Assembly: GCA_965662335.1 (NCBI GenBank) | Contig: CBFIGQ010000045.1 | Span: 1,156 to 65,155, forward strand | DNA length: 64,000 nt | Source of the DNA: Minisyncoccia bacterium | GTDB lineage: Bacteria > Patescibacteriota > Minisyncoccia > Phycocordibacterales > UBA9973 | Direction: 5' to 3' | Part shown: one piece after another, positions 1 to 8,582 of the stretch | Layout of the letters: every line of letters begins with the position of its first letter | How positions within the stretch are numbered: position 1 is the stretch's first letter | Notes under the pieces: model-generated | The model's database searches: none | The model's input: the letters and a program-made list of their open reading frames with translations, nothing else | What the model was told of the DNA's origin: nothing | Translations under genes and position numbers: made by a program

Positions 1-973
1 TCTTTTTTACCAACACTTCTATCGCAGCTGTTTCAAACTCTGCAGCAAGTGCGAGCTTTTGATTTTCAGACAGTTCGCCACTATCTCGAGCCGCATAGAG
101 TACCGCAGTTTTGATACCAGAAAATGAAAAATCATAGTCGCCTGAATGAAGCATGGGTCGAGGAAGGGTGAATTCGTTTTGTGTATCTGAATGTGCTTCT
201 CGCCATTCCTTTGCGAGACGTGATACTGCAGGTCCGCCTGGGTATGGGAGTCCGAGTACGCGAGCAACCTTATCAAATGCTTCGCCAACTGCATCGTCAC
301 GCGTTGCTCCTATTTTTTTATATGTACCAAATGACTCTGCAATCACAAGCTCGGTGTGGCCACCAGACACAAGGAGTGAGAGGACGGGGAATTGCAAATT
401 TGTAAATTGGTATGCTCTTTTCGCCAGGACAGAATTTTGTATGTCCTCGGTTCTCCGAGGCTGTGCCCCGGCCAGACCTACAAAATTCTGTCCCGGCTCA
501 AGAGCTGTAATCGCTGCTGTAATAATATGTCCTTCCATATGATTTATAGGAATGACGGGTATGTTCCAGACGCTTGCGAGAGCACGTGCGGCGTTCACAC
601 CTACCCAGAGTGCCGGCTCAAGTCCAGGACCTACGGTGACGGCGATGTAATCAATATCAGGTCTCGCGTGAGATGCAAAGAAATGCGTGAGCGTGTCCCG
701 AAGTGTTGCATCCTTGTCATCCATCCATGAGATGTCAAATAGTACACTGCCGTGCTTGAGCATACCGGCTTGGGTAAGTGCCTCAGAGAGTAGGTGGACG
801 AACTTTTCTGCATGTGCGCGCTTGGCAAGTGCTGGAAATACGCCGCCATACTGCGCATGAATCTCTATCTGAGACGCGAGGGCATTGCCGAGGATACGTA
901 TTTCACCCCCTATCTCTTCTAGGATGCATATCCCTGTTTCGTCACAGCTGGTTTCTATTGCGAGTACCTTCAT
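1..973 (-). CDS. tsaD: tRNA N6-adenosine threonylcarbamoyltransferase TsaD (Kae1/Gcp family), C-terminus runs off window start
   Basis: Manual minus-strand translation from ATG (revcomp of 971-973) gives MKVLAIETSCDETGICILEE...HMEGHI...GGVSAN-like Kae1/TsaD motifs. Not in the ORF track because it is open at the window edge. Supersedes spurious ORFs 19-300(-) and 153-730(+). Confidence 0.8.
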   Translation of the reverse strand, partial: MKVLAIETSCDETGICILEEIGGEIRILGNALASQIEIHAQYGGVFPALAKRAHAEKFVHLLSEALTQAGMLKHGSVLFDISWMDDKDATLRDTLTHFFASHARPDIDYIAVTVGPGLEPALWVGVNAARALASVWNIPVIPINHMEGHIITAAITALEPGQNFVGLAGAQPRRTEDIQNSVLAKRAYQFTNLQFPVLSLLVSGGHTELVIAESFGTYKKIGATRDDAVGEAFDKVARVLGLPYPGGPAVSRLAKEWREAHSDTQNEFTLPRPMLHSGDYDFSFSGIKTAVLYAARDSGELSENQKLALAAEFETAAIEVLVKK

Positions 974-994
974 ACACGCCACTATAGCAGGATA

Positions 995-1345
995 TTGTAT
1001 TTTCCGAAAGATGTGGTAAGGTTATGCAAAACTTATACCATGAAATATGCAATTGCAACTTTAATACAAATTGGCGGACATACGTTTTTGTGTATTACAA
1101 CCGCAGATAGTGCAGGAAGTTCTGCAACCTATGACATAGTAAAAAGCTTATGTGAAGAGTTTAAAAAAGTGGGCAAAGAAACTGGTTTTGGGTTAACTAC
1201 GCTGGATTTCGCAAGCCAAATAACCCTTGAAAAAGCTATACGAATAAAGGTCAAAGAAATTGCAAATCAGAACGAAGCCACAAGTATGTTCGATGCACTA
1301 AGAATTGATATCGCTGCACAATTGAATGAAAAATTTGGAAAGTAA
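995..1345 (+). CDS. hypothetical protein (probable true start at Met 1041)
   Basis: ORF track. No recognisable motif. Followed by a terminator. Confidence 0.3.
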   Translation: MYFPKDVVRLCKTYTMKYAIATLIQIGGHTFLCITTADSAGSSATYDIVKSLCEEFKKVGKETGFGLTTLDFASQITLEKAIRIKVKEIANQNEATSMFDALRIDIAAQLNEKFGK

Positions 1346-1350
1346 AAACC

Positions 1351-1374
1351 GCCTCCGTTGGAGGCATTTTTTTC
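1351..1374 (+). terminator. rho-independent terminator (gcctcc-gtt-ggaggc + T-run)
   Basis: Hairpin plus a run of 8 T read directly. Confidence 0.6.
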
Positions 1375-1411
1375 TGCAAAAAACCCTAAAAAATGCTAGA
1401 ATACACCCACT

Positions 1412-2032
1412 ATGAACCCGGTCGTACAGACTGTTATACCGTTTATTCTTCTCTACAAATACTGGGCGCTTTTTGGTATTACCTTTATTACTGCCCTTGT
1501 GCTACCTATTCCTCCAGGGACACTGATCATGGCGTCGTCCGCATTTGCATACCAGGGGTACTTTAATTTCGGATTTATTGTAGCAGTAGCGATTGCCGGT
1601 AATATCCTCGGAGATAATGTTGGATACTTTATTGCGCGTAGCTACGGCAAGACCATACTCTCAAAGATCGGTTTTGCAAAAGTACTCGAGTCAAAGCGAT
1701 ACCGCGGTATTGAACGCGCAGTCAAAAGGCGTCCGGGGCTTATCATATTTCTCAGTCGATTTGAAGTATTTACCAATCTTGCCGTAAACATTATTAGTGG
1801 ACTCAGCAAAGTACCATACCGCAAATACTTGCTCTACGAGGCAATAGGAGAAATTTTTCAGGTGACGCTCTATAGTACTATCGGCTATCTCTTTGCAAAT
1901 ACCTGGCAGTCAGTAAACTCGCTCGTCGGGAAGGTACTGTTTGCACTCCTTGTAGTCACTGCGCTGGTATTTCTGTTGTTTCTCCGAAAGAGTAAAAAGC
2001 ATACAATAGAAGAAGATGTCATGCTCAAATGA
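1412..2032 (+). CDS. DedA/SNARE-associated (VTT domain) membrane protein
   Basis: Multi-TM protein with a DedA-like GxxxGxxxGYxxG core. Confidence 0.65.
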   Translation: MNPVVQTVIPFILLYKYWALFGITFITALVLPIPPGTLIMASSAFAYQGYFNFGFIVAVAIAGNILGDNVGYFIARSYGKTILSKIGFAKVLESKRYRGIERAVKRRPGLIIFLSRFEVFTNLAVNIISGLSKVPYRKYLLYEAIGEIFQVTLYSTIGYLFANTWQSVNSLVGKVLFALLVVTALVFLLFLRKSKKHTIEEDVMLK

Positions 2033-3117
2033 ATACATTACCTCCAACCATTTTTATTATTGTCGGAGCAACAGGTGATGTATCACGGCGACTTGTACTA
2101 CCAGCGCTCGCTGTACTCAGAGAGCATGAAGCACTCCCAGTATTTTTTGAAACGATACAAACCAGTAGAAAAGATGTTCCTGGGTATTTACGCCTTCTAG
2201 ACTCAAACGACGCACACGAACTCGCTCGCGAAGTTCAGTCGATAGAAGAGAGACACAAGCAAGGCTGTCAGGTCATAGCGTACTTGGCAGTACCACCTGA
2301 GGGAGTACTTGAAATGGCAAGACTGCTCGGAGAAAGCGGGGTTGTGAGTCGGATCCTCCTTGAGAAACCATTTGGGACAGATGAAGAAAGTGCACGCGAG
2401 CTTTCAACTGAACTCTCATACTTTTTTACTCCTTCTCAGATCGTTCGTGTCGACCACTACCTTGCAAAACGTGTCGTCGCAGAATGCTCTGCGTACCTCG
2501 GGCAAATACAAGGCGATGTGCGAGTCATCGATATACACATATACGAATCGATAGGGGTAGAAGGCAGGGCTGTATTTTATGAGGCAACTGGCGCACTGCG
2601 GGATATGGTGCAAAGCCACGCGCTCCTCGTGGGAGCAGAGCTCTACGCATCTGCATATGATATATCCCGCACAGAAGCGCTCGAGAGAATAGCACCAATA
2701 GAGACTATTGTCCGCGCGCAGTACAGCGGCTACACGCACGATGTGGGGAATGAAGAAAGCCTCACAGAGACGTTTGTTTCTCTTGAAACAAAGATAGGTG
2801 ACACTTTACTGCGCATTACTACAGGTAAGGCACTCGACCACAAAGAAACCTCAGTCACGCTTACTACGGGGTATGGGGAGCATATAGAAACCAAAGTATT
2901 TAGAGACAGCCCGTACGAGACATGGCAGCCATTAGGGTATCAAAAGGTCCTCCTCGATAGTATGAACCCAGAGCAGGGCGGAGGAGGTATCACAGAAACA
3001 GAAATAGAGCTTTTGTGGAGGCGTATAGACCCTCTTGTAGCGGATTGGAAGAGGGAAACTCAGATCGCGACCTACTCAAAAGGAAGCACTGCTCAGGAGG
3101 TATTGACAAATATATAG
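2029..3117 (+). CDS. zwf: glucose-6-phosphate 1-dehydrogenase, short divergent form
   Basis: Motifs IVGATGDVSRR (NADP-binding GASGDLA-like), EKPFGTD, RVDHYLAKR (RIDHYLGK-like) and GALRDMVQSH (G6PD signature). Only 362 aa. ATGA overlap with upstream gene. Confidence 0.65.
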   Translation: MNTLPPTIFIIVGATGDVSRRLVLPALAVLREHEALPVFFETIQTSRKDVPGYLRLLDSNDAHELAREVQSIEERHKQGCQVIAYLAVPPEGVLEMARLLGESGVVSRILLEKPFGTDEESARELSTELSYFFTPSQIVRVDHYLAKRVVAECSAYLGQIQGDVRVIDIHIYESIGVEGRAVFYEATGALRDMVQSHALLVGAELYASAYDISRTEALERIAPIETIVRAQYSGYTHDVGNEESLTETFVSLETKIGDTLLRITTGKALDHKETSVTLTTGYGEHIETKVFRDSPYETWQPLGYQKVLLDSMNPEQGGGGITETEIELLWRRIDPLVADWKRETQIATYSKGSTAQEVLTNI

Positions 3118-3149
3118 TATGTGATAATCTAGTGCAAAATCAAGATGTA

Positions 3150-3371
3150 ATGGCACTAGTATTTTTATTTGGAGGTTGTGTTATTTTATTTCTGTACGGG
3201 CTGTACGATTCACAAAAATTTAAGAAAAAGCATGCGCATGAGCGTGCTCGCACAACAGAGTATTTTGATGCTATGCGTGCGAAAGAGCAAAGAAAGATAC
3301 CTCTTTCAGTTTCCCATAAAAGAAGTGAAGAGGAATATCACGAAGAATCAGCCGTTGCTGCAACTGCCTAA
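3150..3371 (+). CDS. small hypothetical membrane protein
   Basis: Sub-ORF of track ORF 3015-3371 starting after zwf. One hydrophobic helix followed by a K/E-rich tail. Confidence 0.25.
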   Translation: MALVFLFGGCVILFLYGLYDSQKFKKKHAHERARTTEYFDAMRAKEQRKIPLSVSHKRSEEEYHEESAVAATA

Positions 3372-3434
3372 ATAGGCTTAAAACCTTAAACACCTACCTT
3401 ATTCATTCCTCGGATTTTTTCCGGGGAATTTTTG

Positions 3435-3508
3435 TGCACGGTAGAGGGATCGAACCTCTCGCCTCAGCAATGTCAATGCTGCGCTCTAACCATATGAGCT
3501 AACCGCGC
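3435..3508 (-). tRNA. tRNA-Val (anticodon GAC)
   Basis: Hand-folded cloverleaf: acceptor GCGCGGT/ACCGTGC, D-stem GCTC/GAGC, anticodon stem CAGCA/TGCTG with loop TTGACAT, T-arm AGAGG-TTCGATC-CCTCT. No encoded CCA. Confidence 0.75.
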
Positions 3509-3596
3509 GGGTAGGGAAACTATACCATGAAAATTTGTCCGTGCTAAAACTTGCTTTTTAAGATATCTATGGTATTATGTCAAAAAACAAATTCCA

Positions 3597-4094
3597 ATGA
3601 CAATTCAAAACAAACCCTCTGTCCCTTTAAATGAAGCAGAAATTGCTTTTTTCCCTATTATTTATAATAAGCAAGACCGCCATCTATTTTCGGATACGGC
3701 GCGTACTCAACCATTTGCAGGAATTGCGCAGTTACCACCAATGGTTCCTCACCGGATAATTCTTAACGCAGTACATGGTAGAACCCATATTCAAGATGGA
3801 GTACCACTCTGTATTGCTCTGTATTCTGCAGATCACGATCAGTCACCCGAGACAATTTCAGCGTTCTGGATGGATTGCAAAAAGAAAAAGAGACCTTTCG
3901 GTCATGCAACACTATGGATCATTGCACCTGTACCAGTATGTGCGTTTATAACAGAAAATTTTCTGAAAAAAAATAAAAGCGTATACTACCACCCAGGGTC
4001 CCCAACAGATAAACAACATTTGTTTGCAGTTACTGTGTTAGGCAGGACAAGAACATATATAGCAGAGGATCCGTTTGTAAACACATTGAACTAG
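3597..4094 (+). CDS. hypothetical protein
   Basis: ORF track. No recognisable motif. Followed by a strong terminator. Confidence 0.4.
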   Translation: MTIQNKPSVPLNEAEIAFFPIIYNKQDRHLFSDTARTQPFAGIAQLPPMVPHRIILNAVHGRTHIQDGVPLCIALYSADHDQSPETISAFWMDCKKKKRPFGHATLWIIAPVPVCAFITENFLKKNKSVYYHPGSPTDKQHLFAVTVLGRTRTYIAEDPFVNTLN

Positions 4095-4110
4095 TACTTT
4101 CTCAATTTAA

Positions 4111-4136
4111 GGAGCCGCACGGCTCCTTGTTTTTTT
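4111..4136 (+). terminator. rho-independent terminator (ggagcc-gcac-ggctcc + T7)
   Basis: Read directly. Confidence 0.65.
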
Positions 4137-4165
4137 ATAAATATTTTGTACAATAGCTACTACTT

Positions 4166-4237
4166 GGCCCTATCGTCTAACGGTTAGGACGCCGGCTTTT
4201 CAAGCCGTTAATCGGGGTTCGATTCCCCGTAGGGTCA
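4166..4237 (+). tRNA. tRNA-Glu (anticodon UUC)
   Basis: Hand-folded: acceptor GGCCCTA/TAGGGTC, D-arm GTCT-AACGGTTA-GGAC, anticodon loop TTTTCAA, T-arm CGGGG-TTCGATT-CCCCG. Close to canonical bacterial tRNA-Glu. Confidence 0.75.
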
Positions 4238-5763
4238 CAATCAGATACTCGCTCAAAAAGTTGCCCCGCGCGCTGGCGCGCGATGGTGGTGAGTGGGTGG
4301 TGAAAATTCTCGCCCGCCTTGCGGGCACAAGCGAATTCTGTGGGTGGGCAAAATGAGACAGAGACGGACTTGTCCCGCAATTGCGGGTTCGTTCCAATTT
4401 TTTTGAAATAATCACGAATTTCAAAAAAATTATCAGTGGTCTGCAATTGCGTGGCTTTTTTCATATCCAAAATCCATTCCCGCAAGGGTTCGACCCAATT
4501 CTTTCTTTCTGCTCGGGCGGAATCGATTTTTTGAGCGAGAGACACTTTTTGTTTCAAAAGCTCGTTTTTCTTTGCGAGATAGTTTTCTTTCGGTATATCG
4601 TCATCTAAATACAAATTCACCAATTCATCGAGCTTTTGTTCTATCTCTCGCTCATTGTCTTTCATCCGCCCGAGCATGCTTCCCGACGAGGATTTTTCAC
4701 TTTTGTCCCATTCGTCAGTTTTGTTTAGCATACACTCAATCCACTCGTCGGGAAGAACGATTTTTTGAAGCTGTTCCTGTAATTGCAGAACAAGTGAATC
4801 TTCTCGCAAATACCCTTGCTCACATTTTCCTTTCTTTTTTGTGCAACGATAATAACGATATTTAGTACCGAAACGATTGGTTGACCATTGAGCAGTGATC
4901 ATGCTTCCACATTCACCACATTTAAATAATCCAGTGAAAGGAAAATTGTGGCTTTTCTTTGATTTGCGAGGATGAGAGCGTTCTTGCAATCTTTTCTGCA
5001 CAGCTTCAAATAGATCGTGAGAAAGAATTGGCGCAAAGCTTCCGTTAAAATACTCATCTTTGTGTTTCGTAAGCCCGAGATATGCTTTGTTCGTGAGTAT
5101 TCTTGATACGGAAGCTTTGCCAAGTGGCGTTCCGGACTTTGTCGTCACTCCATGCAAAGCCAAAAAATCCGACAATGATTCAAGGCTGTGATGACCTTTT
5201 GAATATTCTTTAAAAGCGCGGACGATAATTTTAGATTTCACCACATCAGGTTCAATATTTCTCGTTTTTGGATTGTTCACATAACCAAAAGGCGCTTTTG
5301 TAAGCCATTCACCACGGCGGAGTTTTTGGCGGATTCCACGCTCAACATTTTGTTTTAAATCGTCAGAATAATATTTAGATTGTCCGAACGCCACTTGAAG
5401 CATAAATAGCCCTTGCGGGGTTGGTTCAAACCAAAATGTCGGAAAGCGTAAAGAATTGATTTTGGTCGTGTCTACGGCGTAGATGATGCGCCCACCATCG
5501 ATACTATTGCGAGCAAGTCGATCAGGATGCCATGCGAGAATTCCCACACCATCCATATTTTCTATTTTCCCCATCATCTCGCCGAACTTTTCACGACCAG
5601 GTTTCTTTGCGCTTTTCGACTCTGTAAATTCTTCAAGAATTTGCAGATTTTCTTTACGCGCAAATTCCCGAAGCTCAAAAAGCTGTGCCTCAATAGACAT
5701 AACTTGTTTATCGTCATCTTCTGTTGATTTGCGAGCGTAAAGAAAATATTTTGGTTTATTCAT
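4177..5763 (-). CDS. large serine recombinase (phage-integrase/TnpX-type LSR); 3' end ill-defined
   Basis: N-terminal resolvase domain YARKSTEDDDKQ...SIEAQ (Ser nucleophile) and HPDRLARN. Recombinase domain, zinc ribbon CGECG...C..C, and a C-terminal coiled coil. ORF has no stop until inside antisense tRNA-Glu; the likely real end is near 4380. Confidence 0.85.
   Translation of the reverse strand: MNKPKYFLYARKSTEDDDKQVMSIEAQLFELREFARKENLQILEEFTESKSAKKPGREKFGEMMGKIENMDGVGILAWHPDRLARNSIDGGRIIYAVDTTKINSLRFPTFWFEPTPQGLFMLQVAFGQSKYYSDDLKQNVERGIRQKLRRGEWLTKAPFGYVNNPKTRNIEPDVVKSKIIVRAFKEYSKGHHSLESLSDFLALHGVTTKSGTPLGKASVSRILTNKAYLGLTKHKDEYFNGSFAPILSHDLFEAVQKRLQERSHPRKSKKSHNFPFTGLFKCGECGSMITAQWSTNRFGTKYRYYRCTKKKGKCEQGYLREDSLVLQLQEQLQKIVLPDEWIECMLNKTDEWDKSEKSSSGSMLGRMKDNEREIEQKLDELVNLYLDDDIPKENYLAKKNELLKQKVSLAQKIDSARAERKNWVEPLREWILDMKKATQLQTTDNFFEIRDYFKKIGTNPQLRDKSVSVSFCPPTEFACARKAGENFHHPLTTIARQRAGQLFERVSDCDPTGNRTPINGLKSRRPNR
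4243..4373. repeat. IRa-L: ~130-bp inverted repeat, partner of 5796-5928
   Basis: Reverse complement aligns by eye with 5796-5928 at roughly 90% identity with one ~11-bp indel. GC-rich and contains hairpins gcgcgc-tgg-cgcgcg and gcccgc-ctt-gcgggc. Confidence 0.8.
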
Positions 5764-5795
5764 ATATATCTTTAGATTATGAAAAAAGAATAGTC

Positions 5796-5928
5796 CGTAT
5801 TTGTCTCATTTCTTGCCTTTCTGCCCACCCACCGAATTCGATTGCGCCCGCACGGCGGGCGAGGATTTTCACCACCCACTCACCACCATCGCGCGACAGC
5901 GCGCGGGGCAACTTTTTGAGCAAGTATC
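5796..5928. repeat. IRa-R: inverted copy of IRa-L, immediately upstream of the recombinase start
   Basis: See IRa-L. It also produces the mirror ORF 5801-5983. Confidence 0.8.
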
Positions 5929-6108
5929 TGATTGTGATGTATTACTAACCTTTGCACGAACTTTTTTTGAACAAGAACACTAACGAATTCCGTCACGGCT
6001 CGGATTACCTCGCCGTTGCGCCCTTAGCCCTCATCGCTTTTCATTCTTGTTTTGTTTGGCGGGGGGATTCTTTTTGAAAAGGTATGGCGATGGGGCTTCG
6101 GGCGGGTA
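5929..6108. repeat. IRb-L: ~180-bp inverted repeat, partner of 11281-11460
   Basis: Reverse complement is near-identical to 11281-11460; only 1-2 mismatches seen by eye. Abuts IRa-R with no spacer. Confidence 0.85.
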
Positions 6109-6164
6109 ATTTAATTATATAACAACTTGGAATATAACACAAAGGAATATATCATAGAATATAT

Positions 6165-6386
6165 ATGAATAAGGCGATTTTTTCCAAAGATCATAAATAT
6201 ACTGTGGAACAGCTAAAAAAGGCACGTGCAGAGGCAGGTTTAGACCAAGTTGAGGTAGCAAAGATGCTTGGTAAAACTCAACCGCACATTTCAAAAATAG
6301 AAGCTGGGCAAAGACGACTTGATATTACGCAACTTAAAGAGTTTGCAAAAATTTATAAAAAATCTTTAACCTACTTCATAAAATAA
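6165..6386 (+). CDS. XRE-family HTH protein, probable R-M controller (C) protein
   Basis: 73-aa HTH_XRE fold (...VEVAKMLGKTQPHISKIEAGQRRL...). Sits directly upstream of, and co-oriented with, the putative endonuclease, as in C-R operons. Confidence 0.6.
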   Translation: MNKAIFSKDHKYTVEQLKKARAEAGLDQVEVAKMLGKTQPHISKIEAGQRRLDITQLKEFAKIYKKSLTYFIK

Positions 6387-6532
6387 TTTATGGCACTTTT
6401 TAAAATAAATAACAATATAGTAAAAAAGATTCTTACAAAAGATTTGGACTTGGAAAAAAATCTCCAAGGGCTTTTCGAAAATAATCTTGAAGAAATTTTA
6501 AACATAGTTTTTCTTGCCCATGAATAAATAAT

Positions 6533-7828
6533 ATGTATAAAATTAATTTACAAAAAACCTTCTTTCTTGCACTAGAAATATCGAGTCATTACAATAAAAG
6601 TTACTACAACACAAATGATTTGGTAAAATTGGCAAATCAATATAAATCTGATTTGGTTAGAACAAGAGTTGATAAAAAGGATTATAAATTTCTAGACGAT
6701 ACAAAATTCGGTGGATTACGAGGAAATTTCTCTACCTTGTTAACATTAAAAGGTTTTGTTAAACGAGGAAATAAAATTATACCTTTTTATTCTTTAGGGA
6801 TGGATGGTCGTATTGTAAATGCTGTAAATAATGGCGAGATAATACTTGATTCTTCTGATTTAACAGCTAATACAAAAAACGAGAGATTAAAAAATCTTCT
6901 TGAAAAAGAAGTATTTTTATCAAAGGTTAGGGAGAATCAGGCGCATATAAAAGTAATGCTTGAGAAAGATTCGGGCAAGCTTGGAATTAAAAGAGATAAT
7001 ATTTTTAAAAAAGATTCAGTCGTTGTAACCGAGAAAGGGCAATATTTTTTGAGATGTCTATTAAATAATTTTATAAATAATAATACAATTGAATACAGTT
7101 TATTTAATTACTGGTCAGGTAAGAAAATCATCAAAAAGAACATGCATATATTGATCAGTATTCCAACGATAGATAATTCTTGGGCTGAACTATATGCAAT
7201 TAAATTTGAAGATCTTATAAAAAACAAACCGATGTATTTGATGGTCTCTGTTGATACAAAAAAGTGCATGGATAGATCTGGTAATATTTATAATTTATAT
7301 AGTTTAGAACAAGCAAAGAATGAATTTTCTGATGGAAATGCAAATATAAATGAAAGATTATCTTATAATTGGAAAGATTTAATAAATAAAGAATGTAGTG
7401 ATGAGATTGAAATTCAAAAAGAGGTAAAACAACAGGAAACATGGATTTTTATTGATAAATTTCTACAATGGAAAAAACATTTTTCAATTGATGAAAAAGA
7501 TGTTGTTGATTACATAGTATCTAGTTCTGGTGGATGTGATGTTTTATTGAAATATTCAGGTGGAACAACACAAAAGCTAGAATTAGAACACGACTGGAAA
7601 AATTATATAGATCACAAACATCCTGAAAATAACGCATGGTCTGGTGCTTGGTTATTTGCCGAAGAAGAGTGGAATCCAGATCTAATAATTAAATTGTTTG
7701 AACCGCTAAAGAAAAAACATGGTGATAGAATACCAGATGTCTTCTTGTGCTTCGAAAACGGAGAAAGAAAAGCCTATAGAGCAAATTGGGGTAATAAAAA
7801 TTTCACTGAGCTATCTTTGTCTTTTTAA
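6533..7828 (+). CDS. putative Type II restriction endonuclease (hypothetical, very AT-rich)
   Basis: Positioned as R in a C-R / M-M convergent arrangement. C-terminal PDVFLCFENGERK fits a PD-x8-ExK nuclease motif. No other recognisable domain. Confidence 0.4.
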   Translation: MYKINLQKTFFLALEISSHYNKSYYNTNDLVKLANQYKSDLVRTRVDKKDYKFLDDTKFGGLRGNFSTLLTLKGFVKRGNKIIPFYSLGMDGRIVNAVNNGEIILDSSDLTANTKNERLKNLLEKEVFLSKVRENQAHIKVMLEKDSGKLGIKRDNIFKKDSVVVTEKGQYFLRCLLNNFINNNTIEYSLFNYWSGKKIIKKNMHILISIPTIDNSWAELYAIKFEDLIKNKPMYLMVSVDTKKCMDRSGNIYNLYSLEQAKNEFSDGNANINERLSYNWKDLINKECSDEIEIQKEVKQQETWIFIDKFLQWKKHFSIDEKDVVDYIVSSSGGCDVLLKYSGGTTQKLELEHDWKNYIDHKHPENNAWSGAWLFAEEEWNPDLIIKLFEPLKKKHGDRIPDVFLCFENGERKAYRANWGNKNFTELSLSF

Positions 7829-7829
7829 T

Positions 7830-8576
7830 TTAACTTTTTATATTTAGAACTTTTACTCCATCTATATCTTTTAATCGCTTTTTCATTATTTTAAAGAATT
7901 CTTGATCGTTTTCTATGTTTATAGAATTTCTTTTCATAGAGTCCGCAACTTCTGCTAAAGTCCCGCTACCAGCGAAGCAATCAAGTACTAGATCTTTTTC
8001 GTTAGTAAAAATTCTCATTAAATGTTCAATTACCTTTTTGGGTTTTTGTGTTGGATGTGCTGTTCTTTCTCTTCCCATACAAATTGGTGTTTGAATAAAA
8101 TTATGCATTTCATTTTGCTTTGAAAAGTTAAATGTATAAGATATTTTTTTATTATCAAAACCATGTGTAGCCCACAAAATAGCTTCACATGAAGACAAGA
8201 AACCGTTCTTCCTAATTTGTGGGGCGGGATTTGTTTTGTGCCAAATTATTGTAGCGTGATGTTTAAATCCTAATCTTTCATATATACGCTTTATATCACT
8301 TATATATTCCAATTTTGAAAATACTAAAAGATTTCCATTTTCCTTTAAAATAGGAGTAATCAATTTCAACCATTCTTCGGTAAATTTCAAGTAATCATTG
8401 TTGCTAAAATAATCCCATTTTCCAAAATCGGAAGACCTTGCTTTTCTACCCTTGAGAATCTTGGTATTTTTATTTGCTGTATTATAGGGTGGATCGACAA
8501 TAACAGCATCAATTTTGTTTTTTATTGTTGGCAATACTTTAAACACATCGCCTTTTATTAAATAATGTTTATTCAT
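7830..8576 (-). CDS. DNA amino-methyltransferase (beta class, N6A or N4C)
   Basis: Motif IV DPPYN comes before motif I FAGSGT (beta-class order). HPTQKP motif present. Confidence 0.8.
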   Translation of the reverse strand: MNKHYLIKGDVFKVLPTIKNKIDAVIVDPPYNTANKNTKILKGRKARSSDFGKWDYFSNNDYLKFTEEWLKLITPILKENGNLLVFSKLEYISDIKRIYERLGFKHHATIIWHKTNPAPQIRKNGFLSSCEAILWATHGFDNKKISYTFNFSKQNEMHNFIQTPICMGRERTAHPTQKPKKVIEHLMRIFTNEKDLVLDCFAGSGTLAEVADSMKRNSINIENDQEFFKIMKKRLKDIDGVKVLNIKS

Positions 8577-8582
8577 ATAATT

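Noticed and set aside
19-730. Track ORFs 19-300(-), 153-542(+), 181-405(+), 392-730(+) and 631-858(-)
   Set aside because: All lie inside the manually identified tsaD reading frame on the minus strand and have no motifs. They are overlapping-frame artefacts.
4200-5948. ORFs 4200-4424(-), 4381-4608(+), 5724-5948(+) and 5801-5983(+)
   Set aside because: These are mirror peptides produced by the IRa inverted repeats or antisense to the recombinase. They are repeat artefacts, not independent genes.
6129-6168. Possible mini-CRISPR from the GGAATATA direct repeats
   Set aside because: Only three short (8-bp) repeats with 4-7-bp spacers, no cas genes, and they overlap a start codon. This is promoter or operator sequence instead.
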